DNA from: Ascoidea asiatica JCM 7603 | Lineage: Eukaryota > Fungi > Ascomycota | NCBI GenBank assembly: GCA_001600695.1 | Contig: BCKQ01000020.1 | Coordinates: 41,110 to 85,930, forward strand | DNA: 44,821 bases | Reading direction: 5' to 3' | Shown: positions 1-12,129 of the stretch, in pieces | Layout of the letters: the number at the start of each line of letters is the position of its first letter | Numbering within the stretch: the stretch's first letter is position 1 | Notes under the pieces: model-generated | Database searches by the model: none | Seen by the model: only the letters and a program-made list of their open reading frames with translations | What the model was told of the DNA's origin: nothing | Made by a program: the position numbers and the translations under genes

Positions 1-2420
1 TCATTGATCCATGGCTCAGGCGCCACAAACCTGGCCAACAGTGGAAATTTTCCTGAAATCACAGGGTAACACACTTTCTTAACTGGATGTTAATAACTTT
101 CCTAATTTGGACTGGTGGTTGAGAATTGAATGAAATTTTTGCTCGTCAAATTCCAGTAGTTAATAAATTTAGACCCACTAATTGTTTTTGCTGAAGATGT
201 AAATGAATTTACTTACTTCAAATGCTGAAACCCTTATATTCAAAAGAAACAAGATTACTGAGACTTCAATGATTTTTATTAAAAAACAAATAATGAATTT
301 CAATCTTCTTTCTGTATTTGTTCTTTTAAATACAAAAATAATATTTACAGCTTCGAGAATCAAAAAGCGTGTTTGAATGTACAATTAAAAAGGATGCCTA
401 TTCTATTTTAATAAATGTAGTTTTTATTTCATTTGAATTGATAGTTACTTTACCAAGAAAATTCAGTAACTTGAGTATAAAAAGTTACGTTTTGCAGATG
501 ATAAAAGTCACGTTTTTCAAGTTACGTTTGAGGCCGAATTCAAAAAACGTAACCAATTTTTCAGTTGGAAATGCTTGTGCTGCTTTTGATGCTAAATATA
601 TTGATTTTGTTTCAAATGGTTTATAAAGGGTTTCAATTTTGACTAAAAATTTTTTTTCTTTCCACTATCATGAGTAGCCTGTTCGTATTATATATCACTA
701 AACCTTTTTCTTTTTGATTTAAAAGTAGCTACCTGATTTTGAAGATAATTTAGAGGTTTCATAACAAAAGAAATGATAATAAAATTTAATAAAAATTAAT
801 CATTGTTTGAATAAAAAATAATTACGAAGTTTTTTAAAAGGTTCTTGAAATATTGATTCAATAATCTTTTTATTGATGCGATAAAAAAATTGCTGTTAAA
901 TAAATTTTGTTAATTCTTATTAAATGCTCATTCAATAATTAGGTTTGCTCTTTAAAACATCTCTGTTAAGTAATTTTAAATCAAATAATTGATTTATTAA
1001 GTTATTGAAATTTTGAATCAAGTATTGAATCAGTGGATGGTTGAATTTATTAATTATGAAAAATAAGCATTTTAGTTTTAATGGAAACAAAATTAAAACA
1101 ACAACAATAGACCTCAAAAAGAGTATTGCTTAAATCGTTAATCATTTGATTCAATAGAAAATTAGAAATCCTGTTAATTTTGCTTCAAATAGTCATCGAT
1201 AGTTTTATTGAATTTTTTTATTAATTATCATAATCAGTTTATTTTTCTTTTGTTTTTATTTATTTGAATAATTTTTCTCATTTCACAATATTTATTATCA
1301 GTAATACACTGAAATAGTTTGAAGAATTTTGAAATTTAAATAAAAATCTTTTTTTAATTTCATTTTATTCATATTTGTTGTTTGAATTGACAGTAATGTT
1401 TTTTTTTAAATCGATTGAGACAGAAAACAAAAAACTATTAAATCTAGTTTTGGAGTTTGCAGGTTCAGAAACCAAAAACGCAAATGAAAAATGAAATTAA
1501 ATGCATCGGATTTTTCAATCTCATATAATCAATATTGGATATTAAGTCAACTTCAAAACAAGATTCTTCTTACTCGTTTATGTTTAATGATTGTTATTCA
1601 TTTTATTAATATTCTTCAATTTTATTAATTTCATCTGATTATGAAAAACTATAATTAGATGCATATCCTTTATAATTATATTCCATTTTTAATAACATAT
1701 TTACAAAAAGGTTTTGTATATTTGAAATGGATTTTCTCAATCAACAGATGTAATGAATTAATTTATCAATTAATTAAATAATCCCCAAAAATAAATGGCA
1801 ATGATAATAAATCAATTATTTTAAATACCTTTTTATAATAAGAATTTAATCGAATTAAAATAATAGAATTAACAATAACCCATTTTTCATTAAAATTCAA
1901 TTTAGCTTTGTTTTTACTCCAAACAAAATCTATTATTACTGTTATTTTCTATAATTATATTACTACTATTTGTCCTTTGTTTATAATTTAAAGTATTTAC
2001 TCAAAACTATGGTGATGTTCCCATTCATATTCTCTTTCAATGATTGCTAAAAATTAAAGTTATCCTTTTATCATCATTCTTTCATTACAAATAATTCTGC
2101 AAATAACAAACTCCATTTTAAATATTAAGAATCCTTAAAAATCATTATGCTATCAAGACAATATTTTTTGTTTAATTATTATTCAATCAAAGCCCTTTGG
2201 ATTGAATGAAATCTATTTTTTTTTTCTATTAACACCTAATTTCAAGGCTTCTAAAAAATTGAGAGATATTGAAAAAAAATAGTAAAGTAAATGGAATTTA
2301 ATAGAATTAAATCATTAAGATTTAAGGATAATACACATTGAGACTCTGAAATATGAAAAGAATTAATAGAATTAAAATTAAAAAAAAAGCACATTGTCAT
2401 TTTATTCATAGTTTCATTCA

Positions 2421-2508
2421 TCATTTTATTATCATTTTATTATCACTTTATTATCACTTTATTATCACTTTATTATCATTTTATTATCATTTTATTATCA
2501 TTTTATTA
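2421..2508. repeat. 11-bp minisatellite, 8 copies of TCA(T/C)TTTATTA
   Basis: Directly readable tandem array; it explains the low-complexity ORF 2353..2568. Confidence 0.95.
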
Positions 2509-5500
2509 CTAATTATTATTATTTATTATTTTATTAATATTTTAATATTGTGCCAAAAATCAATTTAGTTCTTATAAAATACGATATCAGTAATTTCAAC
2601 TATAATAAGTAAAAGATTTTATCAATTGAAATAAAAAATTCTAAATAAAGTTGAATAAATAAATATGAACAAGAAAATTAGTGCTAATAAATATGATGCT
2701 CTAATCTAGAAAACAATTTGCATTAATAATTGATAAAGATTATATGGTAATATCTAACCTTCGATGCATATATTTAAATTATTTCCAAGATATAAAGTAT
2801 AGGAATGTATTTTAAAAAATGGTATTAGAAGAATAGCTCAAAACATTTGTGTTGAAATCCTTTAAGGCTTTACATTTATGATTTAAATTTGAAAGATTAG
2901 ACTAAAGTCAATAATCAAAGGTTTGTATAATGGCTTTCGCACAAGAATAAATCCTCTTAATAGAAGAAGCAAAAATGTGGCGTAATCACCCAATAATTTT
3001 AATCTCAACAATATTGCATTATTTGAAAGAATAAATTCTTATAATTTACATGGTAAATTACCCTCAAGTAGAATATAATATTAATTCTAAACTATTTTCT
3101 TTAAATTAAAATAGAAAAAATAATAGTATGTTAACTAACTTTTTCTTCATGGTTTTAATATTGCTCTTAATTTCATTGCAAATTGGAGCTTTGATTGGTT
3201 CCTTAACAAGCTTAAACTTGATATTTGAGTAATTATTTGAACACTGCATCTACTAAATGAAATCCAACTAATACCAAAAGAAAACAACATAATATAAAAA
3301 TAAAGTATTCAAGAATACATTAAATGAAATTAAACAATTATGAAAGCTAGTGATATTAATTTTATAGATAAAAGTAATAGAATGATATCAGCCAAAAAAT
3401 TTTTTAAAAGAATATCATGAAATAATAAGTTTGATAAATGAATTACAGCAACTGACCTGGATAGAATAATCAGATATGATTTGAAAAATATTGCTTGATT
3501 CCATGAAATTCATCTTTGCCACCAAAGATTTAATGGAAATAATATGATTTGAAATAGCAAACTCGATAAATAAATTTTAATAGTAGTAGGAATTGAGTTG
3601 AAAATTACCTAATATCGATTTAAGTCATATAGTAGGCAAATCTGAATTTAAAAAACCATCAGAAGATACTTAACTTGAGTGTATCAGATAAAGAAGAAAA
3701 TCTTAAAATGAGTATATTCAATTAATGCTAAAAACTGAAAGAAAACCCCAGCAATTCATTTTTTATTGGATTTACTTTTAATGTCAATTTAATCTCTGAA
3801 ATAGACCAAAGATTTAACTCATTATTGAGATAATTGGATGATTTTAAAATATTCCTCTCAAACTTCAATTGAAAAATCAATGTAATGCAGCAGTATTAAT
3901 TATTAAAAAAAAAAGGAAGTCAGATATAGATGAATTACAATAAGAAGTTGTAGAATTGCTGAATAAATTTCAAATACACTAATACAGTTGATGAAAAAAT
4001 TGTTATGTTAAAATGAGCAGAATTAATAAAAGCAAACACTGTTTCATTTTTGAATAGATTATTGTCTGAAAGTTTGTTGAAAAATATTACCTTTGATAAC
4101 ATTAAGAATTTATCATAATTAAAAATAGTGGTCTTAAATTTTAAGTAAACATTAGCAAGTATTCTGAATCAAATTAATTCATCATTCAAATTATGATATA
4201 AAAAATCAAAATAAATGTTACTTATATTATTAAACTGATTTAATTTAAATTATCAATGAATGAATTATAGAAGTTTAAAATCTAATTTTTGGATATAATG
4301 GACATGCATTAAACATGATTGGATTATAGTTTAATTTGGCCTTGCTTAATTTATTAATTGAAATAAGCTGTTTTATTAAAAGTATTATATTATACTGAAG
4401 CCAAGTAAATTTGTCAATAAAAGAAACATCGACATCTTAGTGAAGATAAATTGAGAAACTAAGGGGCAATTAATTGATTAATGATATTGATGTTAGATCA
4501 ATGGATTTATTATTTCAAACATCATTTGATGGATTCTAAATAACGGATTCGATATTAGATGATTATGATTATAACTTAATTGAAGGTATATTTAATAAAT
4601 GAATTCAATTGTTAATGATGCTATTTTAATGGAATAGAAGCTTGAAAGACTATTAAAAGCATTATGAATTATTCTCTTTTGTTATAATTTGATTAAAAGA
4701 TGGATTCTAATATATAAGTGGCGCTTATTATTCTTTGAACCATTTTTATTAAAAAATATAACTGACTATTGGTTATTATTTTTTATGTCTTAATCAAGCT
4801 TCCATCGATGAATAGTTATTAATACTCTGATGTTAGTGGATTATAAGTTATTAGATTGGAATATTATTTAAATTGATTTTTGCTGATGCACTTCTTTTCA
4901 CTTTGGTTTTTGATTTATTAGGAGCCCCAAATGGGAGAAAAATACGACAGAAGTAAGCCCTGCTGCTGCTTTCAATGCTTTTAATGAATGAATGAATTTA
5001 ATAATGATTGATCATATTTTATTAAATCATTATTATTTATTTATTATTCCAATAACCCCAATTCAGTTTTAAAATAAACCTTTTTCGTGGTGTTTTTGTG
5101 TTATTGTTTATTTTCCGTTACTTGTGAAGGCAATAAATTCGGTGGATGCAGCTGCACAAAACGCCAAAACTAAAAATAAAACCTTTATTTTTGTTAATTT
5201 TTGTTTTTTTTTGCTTCTTCTTTCTTTTATTCTGCTTTCTTCTTTTGTTTCGTGGATGCTTTTCAGTTTCGCCTTCTTTTTTCAATGAATGTCTCAGATC
5301 AAAAGACATTTTACTAGGAAAATCAAAAGAAATAATCCATTTATTCAGTCAAAAGTAAAGAATAAATGGATATTTCTTTGAATTGTATGTTTGTGCTTCT
5401 GTTTTTTTTCTTATTAATTTCTTTTGATATCAACCAATCATCAAATAAATCAATCATTAATTCAAATTATGAATAATATTTTCTAACTATTTTAGAACTT

Positions 5501-6699
5501 CTAATCTTCTTTTTGTGCTTTTTATTTATAATCGCCTATATTACTACAGCATTTGTTTTTATTTCAACTTCCGTTTTTTTTTTTAATCCAATTCTGAAGT
5601 CTTTTTCTTATAACATACCATTTTTTCAATTTTTTTAATTTTAAAAAGTGGGTTTAAAATCAATTCAAATTACTTATTTTTATGGAATTTTTAATTTAAA
5701 AGAAGATTAAGGTAAGCTAAACAAGCAAAGAGAAAAATATGAGAATTAATATTTTTATTTAAAGAAATATTAACTTCATAATTCAAAAAGAAACATGATT
5801 ACAATTACATTTTAAAGCAAAATGTGCTATTAACTTCATAATTTGAATTTATTATTCAATAAAAATGTCTTTTGAATAATCTTTCAATCATCAATTAAAA
5901 ATTTATAAGAATAATATCACTTTAAAATGTTATTTTAAAGTGAAAAGAATTTAAGAATTGAAAAAGATTTTTTGTTTTAATATCAGCAGGTTCACGAGAA
6001 GTAATTGAATTAGTTTAAAATTTTATCGGGCGTTTAAATAATTTTTTTTTTACTTTGGGTGGTGCTGCAGAAATTGAAATTTAAACATAAATGGGCTTTA
6101 TATATAAATCATATCAGTCTTGTAGTACTTGATTTTTAATAACTAAAATAAGATATAATCCGAAAATGTATCAAAAATTGAATTTGAGCGACTATTTAAG
6201 AGTTAAAAGTTTTAATTTGAATATATCAATCTTATGTTAGAAAGTCATAAGGTGATCTACTAAATTGACTAGAATAATAATCATTTGAATTTAAATTCAG
6301 GTACAAACGTGGGTAGAAAGTGGATTGTAAAGTCAAGGCAAATCAGTTTTGTACCCTCGCTAGATAATAGTGAAAGTATATTCAGAAGATTATTTTTTGC
6401 AAGTGGTGATGATATTCAACAAACAAAAATTAAAAAGAAACAGAAAAACAAGTAGAACTAGGGAAAGCAAAGGACCAAAGCAATAAGCCAAGGTGCACTT
6501 GAAGCTAAAAAGAGGAAAAACAAATAGCTACAGAGTTATCTAGGAAGATAATAATGAAGCGTACTTTGACATTGATGTTGATACTTTAACCGACTACTAA
6601 AAAAAGTGAAATTGAAAACAGAATGATTAAACTAATAAAATTTGAAAGTTTGCAAAGTCAAAGACTAATTTTATATGATAGACATTTCAAACGATAAGG

Positions 6700-7250
6700 T
6701 AATGAATTACAAACATGTGAAGTTGATTTTATCATTACTAAACCAAATTTCATTACCAATTTTAGTTATGCCACTGCGACATCTGGTTTGGTTGGTGTTT
6801 CTGGTGCTAGTCATACCACTGGTAATACCGAAATTAGTAATGAAAAATGGTTCTGTATTACAAGGCAAGGTATATCATTGAAATCAAAATACTGCAAGCC
6901 ATCAGAATACTTTTCTTCATTATTATTCTCTTTTACTTACCTTTGTCTGCTCTCAATGACGTACTGAAAAGCGTCAAAAAAACAACTTATTGAAATTTAA
7001 ATCAAGACTTATTTAAATCTTAAAATATCCAAATGGTGCTACCTTAGAAATGAAAATCAAACTTGCATTTACCAAGTTCAGAAAAGTTTGGAAATTAATG
7101 GGGAACTCATCTTGCCAAACTGTCTGCAGATTAAAAGTTTCGTCTTAGAATCGTAGAGAAAGATTTACTGTTATCCATCCCCATATTCAAAGGTTCTTTT
7201 TCCAATGAAATTCAATCAGTTGGGCTTATCTTTGGAAATCTTAGTTAATG
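6700..7250 (+). pseudogene. Possible Helitron Rep/helicase N-terminal relic
   Basis: Frame-shifted translation gives FITNFSYATATSGLVG ... KWFCI/QGKVYH ... NEIQSVGLIFG. This resembles, in order, the Helitron motifs N.FAFTS.G, F.I.GQ.YH and NEVAAI. Heavily decayed; no HUH or helicase motifs seen. Confidence 0.3.
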
Positions 7251-7503
7251 TTTTAATAGGTTACTTTTTCATTTATTGGTATTTCCATTTAAATTAGTTG
7301 CAGATTCTGTTGCATTATGGTAATTAATCCATAAAAGATTTCATAAGGAAAAGGTCAACTGAAATATGGGGATAGCTTGTCCCTTATTCAATTGTGTGAT
7401 TTTACGACATGAATTTGCACAAGGGCCCTCATATTAGAAATGCCTAAATTGCCAGGTGCCAGGTGACTTTGTCAACTTCCGCTGATAATTTCTGAACGTT
7501 GAT

Positions 7504-7990
7504 TGTTAATCATTTTATTCTTTTATTGGAATTGACTTCGAATATTCTAGGCTATTCTTAGACTTTCTAAGATTGCATAGATTGTTCTACGACTACATTC
7601 TATTGCGTTCTCAGAACTTCCGTGTGCATGTTAAATGTACTAGAACGTTCTGGGTCTGCATTATTTATTCTTTCTTCGAAGTTCTGTGTGCATCTCGAAT
7701 GTACTGGAATCTTCGTGTTGGTTCTTAGAATGACGTAGTGTCTTCTAGAACAATACTTTATTTATTTCTTTTGTTAAGTATGGGAAGTGAACTTTCACAT
7801 ACTAAATTTACAAATTTATTTTTAAGATGGGTTACCCGCTCCTATTCTCTACTAATATAAATAGGGCAGTTAGCTCCCATATTTTTTATATAATTGTTAT
7901 ATATTTTATATTTTAATTAACAATTGTTTATAATTTGAATTAGATATCATCTTAGTAATAATTAGATATTTCGTTCGAACTACAATCATT
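7504..7990 (+). mobile_element. LTR-like repeat family A, copy 1 (boundaries approximate)
   Basis: Colinear similarity to the reverse complement of 25025-25507. Examples: AGGGCAGTTAGCTCCCATA vs AGGGCAGTTACCTCCCATA, ATTATTTATTCTTTCTT in both, TTAGACTTTCTAAGATTGCATAGATT vs TTAGAGTTTCTAAGATAGCATAGATT. Both begin TGTTAA; this copy has a TATAAATAGGG box at ~7856. No TSD recognised. Confidence 0.7.
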
Positions 7991-8371
7991 ACCGGAAATT
8001 TTTTTATAAGGCACGTGACTGTTTCTAAGAGCCACATCAACCAAAAATAAAAAATTCTTAACCAATTTCTATGAACCCTTAAATAGGGAGTGTGCTTTGC
8101 TCGGTGTTAGTCGGAACCAACGACACCACCCGGATGGTGGTTATATTAATGTCTAACTAACCGATTAGAAGCTTGTAGAAGTAATAATAGTTACATTTCC
8201 TTTGTGTAATAAGAGCAACCTATCATTGGTGATGTCAATTTAAGTTTACCCCACTTCGAATTATGTGAAGTGGAATCGTATTCAAATTGCGTGTTTTTTA
8301 CAAAGACAAGTTAATTATTTTCTTCTAATGTTTATCTTTATTTGTCATTTCAACTTAATCAACAAATCAAA

Positions 8372-8966
8372 ATGGTTACTTTATTTACTCCCGACGCTAC
8401 GCCTCAGGAAGAACATGTTACTGAGATCAATCAATTAGAATTAGATCAAAGTAATCATCTGTTAGACAATAGTATTCACATTGAATACGAAATGGAAATT
8501 TTAAGAACAATAATGAAAATGTCCAATAAAAAGCCAGCCCCAATTCCAGAAATTAAAAATCTTTCATCACAACCTATCAAATATATTGGTGAACTTAAAT
8601 GCTTATGTTACAATTGTAACAGAGATAAGGAAAATTATAAACCTTATGTTATGGTACAATACAATTTACTCAAGTTCAGAAATGAATTGCCATTAGGAAC
8701 TAAAAAATTGGAAATATTTTTAAAAGGTCATCAGATGAAATTTGCATATTCTTTTATTGATGAATCAGCCAACAATTATAAAACTATCCAATCAAAAATT
8801 GAAAACAACAATTCATTACAGCAAGAAGAAATCGAAGATTATGGCTATACACAAATGGTTATGGCTTCTACAAGGAAGATGGAACCTCAAGTGAGTTTTA
8901 GAATTAGTTTTTAATTTTTTTTTTTTGTTTTTATTCAATTTATAGCTTCCGGTTATATACTCCTGA
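8372..8966 (+). CDS. Orphan ~180-aa protein with CxCxxC motif; probable 55-nt intron 8891-8945
   Basis: Uninterrupted ORF from a good-context ATG (CAAAATG at 8372) with ordinary amino-acid composition and LKCLCYNCN. GTGAGT donor at 8891, poly-T tract and TATAG acceptor at 8945 give an in-frame last exon LPVIYS-stop. Unspliced, the ORF stops at 8914. Confidence 0.55.
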
Positions 8967-9487
8967 ATTCCCTCTTTTTCTTTTTACAATTTGTTAAATT
9001 ATTTTGATATTTTATGAGTTTCAACAATTGAAATTTATATGAATTGATCTATTTGACTCTTATATCTATTTTTATATTTTCTATGTTTTTTTGAATGAAA
9101 TTGATTAACTATATTTGTAATAATAAATTTTAATATTTCTAAATTATCTTTATTATATAACAAACCGTGATACAATTAAATTAATAAAAATGAGTGATAA
9201 CAAGCCTCAAGATATAAGCAGTACGTATATTTCTCAACAAAACTTCAGCTTTACTATCACTTTTAAACTTTTTATCCACTAAAGCTCTATGTTTCCCTGC
9301 CCGTTTGGTGTTAGGATCTAAATGTTTTTGCACAACAATTCGAGTTAGTCAAAACATGTACTACTGAGAAATATATTTCGGACTATGTGAAAACACTTCC
9401 AGAATTTTCGATCAAATTGACACCGAAGTGTGACACTATATGGTGACTGTATTCACAAGATCGAACGGGTCCTGCAGCTATAAGCGG

Positions 9488-9933
9488 CATGTATTGTAAC
9501 TCCCGGTAAAACATTATTCCACGTGATCGGCCCGTGTAAAAAATCCCCTGAGGTCCCGTAATATTTTCAACTATCTCCCCGAAAGCTTAGCGGCCTTAAT
9601 GAAACTTGTTTTTCAGTTATTGAAACAAATTAAGTCTACAGGAATACAATATTCTCCAACATATAGAAGCGTGTTACTATGATAACGCAATGCAAATTCT
9701 TCAATCGGCACGGACCGGCTACACAAAGTGTCTGAATCTAGTCAACTTCTCCTACCTTTAGAAGAAGGAGAGCTTTTACAAACACGTGTAAAGGACATTG
9801 CTCCTTGTCAGATGTGAGCTAAGGTTGTTAAATGCTTGTCCCAAAACTCTTGTTTACAAACGGGAATTTTTTACCGGGAGGCGTATCACGTGGAAATCTA
9901 AAATATTATTTTTGACAGAAAGTTACATTACTG
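9488..9933. mobile_element. Small non-autonomous TIR element (MITE) with imperfect ~60-bp TIRs
   Basis: Left end TGTAACT..TTCCACGTGAT..GTAAAAAATCCC mirrors the right-end reverse complement TGTAACT..TTCCACGTGAT..GTAAAAAATTCCC. No coding capacity; TSD not recognisable. Confidence 0.6.
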
Positions 9934-11795
9934 CTTATCATTGTATGCTACTGGAATGGTACACTAAAAGTACGCGTAGACATTAATTTCGCCATACTGA
10001 CTTAAACAATAATTATTTTTTATAAAAACATTGCCTTTTGGTTTTTCTCCGGAACTTCCCAAAGGGGAAAATCCAAAAAGGAAACACGGAAAACTACTCC
10101 ATGAAAAAAATAACCCACAGTTACCCCCCATAGTAACCCGGTAACAAATTGTTGGTAATTTTGTATTTAAAATGACCCAATATTTGTTAGCTCAATTTCA
10201 CGAATTGCGCGTAAAAATAGTAGCAATTGGGCATAGGAAATTTAGAACTGTTGCTTACCAAATTCACAAATTTCGGGAGCACAAATCACGAATTTTGCAA
10301 ACAAAATACATTAAATTTACATGCAAATTTTGTACAATCTACACGTAAATTTACAAAACTTGAATTAAAAGTTTTGAACTTATGAAGACAAGTGATTTCC
10401 GAGCTTTGAGATCTTTCGCGACTTCGGAGCTCGAACTTATAAACCAAACCACGTAAAGAAGCATTCAAAGGTAAACAGAAAACCCAGATAGCCAACGCAA
10501 AAGATACCAGTCTCTGGACATATGTGAGCTATCGTGTATTTATGAAGGACGGTAACAGTTTTAGCCTTTTCTTATTGTCCACCATTCCTCTCAACATGCC
10601 AGTTTACGTAATATATTGGTCAGCTTCTTTAAAGGAAAACCCATTGATCGCCATTTATCCAACGGCTTATTCGTGCAATTTGTAACTTTGATTACCTAAC
10701 ATCTTAAAGCTTGTTATGCAAAATGTCACGGGTTTAGGCGCATGATTTGTCACATGCTTAAAGCGGTCTGATATCTTCCTATTTAACATAATGACAATAA
10801 ATGTCGCTTCATAGAATCTAAAGATGTTAAGACAGTTTATTACATAGACTTACTGATTTGGGAACAGCCCAATCTGAGTGGTTGTGTTTGGTAGAAAAAT
10901 TTTTAAAATAAATCTTTTGTAGAAATTTACGAATAAAAAAGGAAATTTAAAAAATGTAATTTAACTTTTATTTTCTATATACGATCATTTATAAATGTAA
11001 ATGTACTCGCACTTACTGCTATAAAACGCTTTCTTAAACAAAGGTAAAACCAACAAATATCCACAAATATCTAGCATGCTTTATCTGGAAATGATCACCT
11101 CAAACTTGAACCCCAACCCATTGCTATTAACTACATTTTAATGAAAACCTATGTCACCATATAGTTTAACCATCCAACCCAACAGTGATAAAACCACACC
11201 TAAAGCAATGCTTGAAAATAAATTAAATGAAGTCAAAGCATTATTTTGATTATCCATTTAATGGCACTAAAGCAAACAAAAAAAGGTCAATACCTATTCT
11301 TATAGTAAAACGAATGAATAAACAAAAAAAACTTACGATCTTTGAATTTGTTTTACCAATTTCCACACAGAACGTCGTACCATTACAGTTGTTAGTTTTT
11401 TAAGATCTTTTCCAGAATAAACACCTAATTGTTTTTCCTGATAATTATTAAACAAAAGACTAGTAATATTATTTTCCAACTCTCTCATAAGCACCAATTT
11501 TTCACCAGCAATTTGAACACGCTACAACTCACATCTTAAAGCAAAATTGATTAAGTTCGGTAGATTTTTTTGTTATTAAATAATTGTAGTATATTTGAAT
11601 CAGTCCATGGTAAAAGACTTACGGAGTATGTTTTTGCTATTTCATTCATTGGCTTTTAGAAGCCCAAGATTTTATAATATAATTTAACTAAAAAATCCAA
11701 AAACCAGTTTAATAAATTAAGGGAAAACAACTATATTTATATTATTTTTGTTCGTATCACAAAAATAAAATCTTAGGTGGCACTCTGTTAGAAAT

Positions 11796-11845
11796 GAAAG
11801 TTTGCTTAATCGTCCCGGATAGGGACAGGGATTAACAAACCTTTC
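11796..11845. other. Strong imperfect hairpin upstream of the CACTA transposase
   Basis: GAAAG-TTTG-c-TTAATC-GTCCC ggata GGGAC-agg-GATTAA-CAAA-c-CTTTC. Confidence 0.7.
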
Positions 11846-12129
11846 GAAAGATTTTACACGGATAATCGAGCGTTTTGTTGCACGTTAACGAACATTTTAA
11901 TCTTTTATGAAAAATAAATGGTACGTTTATGAAGGGCACTCGCTAAGGTCTTTGATGAAGAGGTGAAAAAAATGGTTTCAGTTCTAAGACAGTAAAAAAG
12001 TCAAGAAAAAATACTTCCAAAGATCGTTCTTCATTTTGGATTTTGTTATTGATAGGCTGCTGCTAGAATAGTAATTTTGGTTACCTGCCGGTAAAATAGT
12101 TTTTTTAATAGAATAAGTTCAAAGCATCA

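Noticed and set aside
1-640. Gene fragment at the window start (ORFs 178..384, 369..626)
   Set aside because: Non-ATG starts, stop-interrupted frames and no recognisable motif.
2421-2508. Interstitial telomeric repeat or CRISPR-like array
   Set aside because: No spacers and no G-rich strand; a simple AT-rich minisatellite.
3150-4700. Decayed LRR/F-box-like or plasmid-derived gene
   Set aside because: Purine-rich coding-like skew, but stops occur in every frame and no motif is recognisable.
10990-11550. Minus-strand spliced gene or hAT fragment (GTAAGT intron at 11294-11336; FITVGLDG motif)
   Set aside because: Splicing gives an immediate stop, and the DG motif has no supporting neighbours; coding-like but unassignable.
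11811-11826. Helitron 3' terminal hairpin
   Set aside because: No CTRR terminus at the expected distance on either strand.
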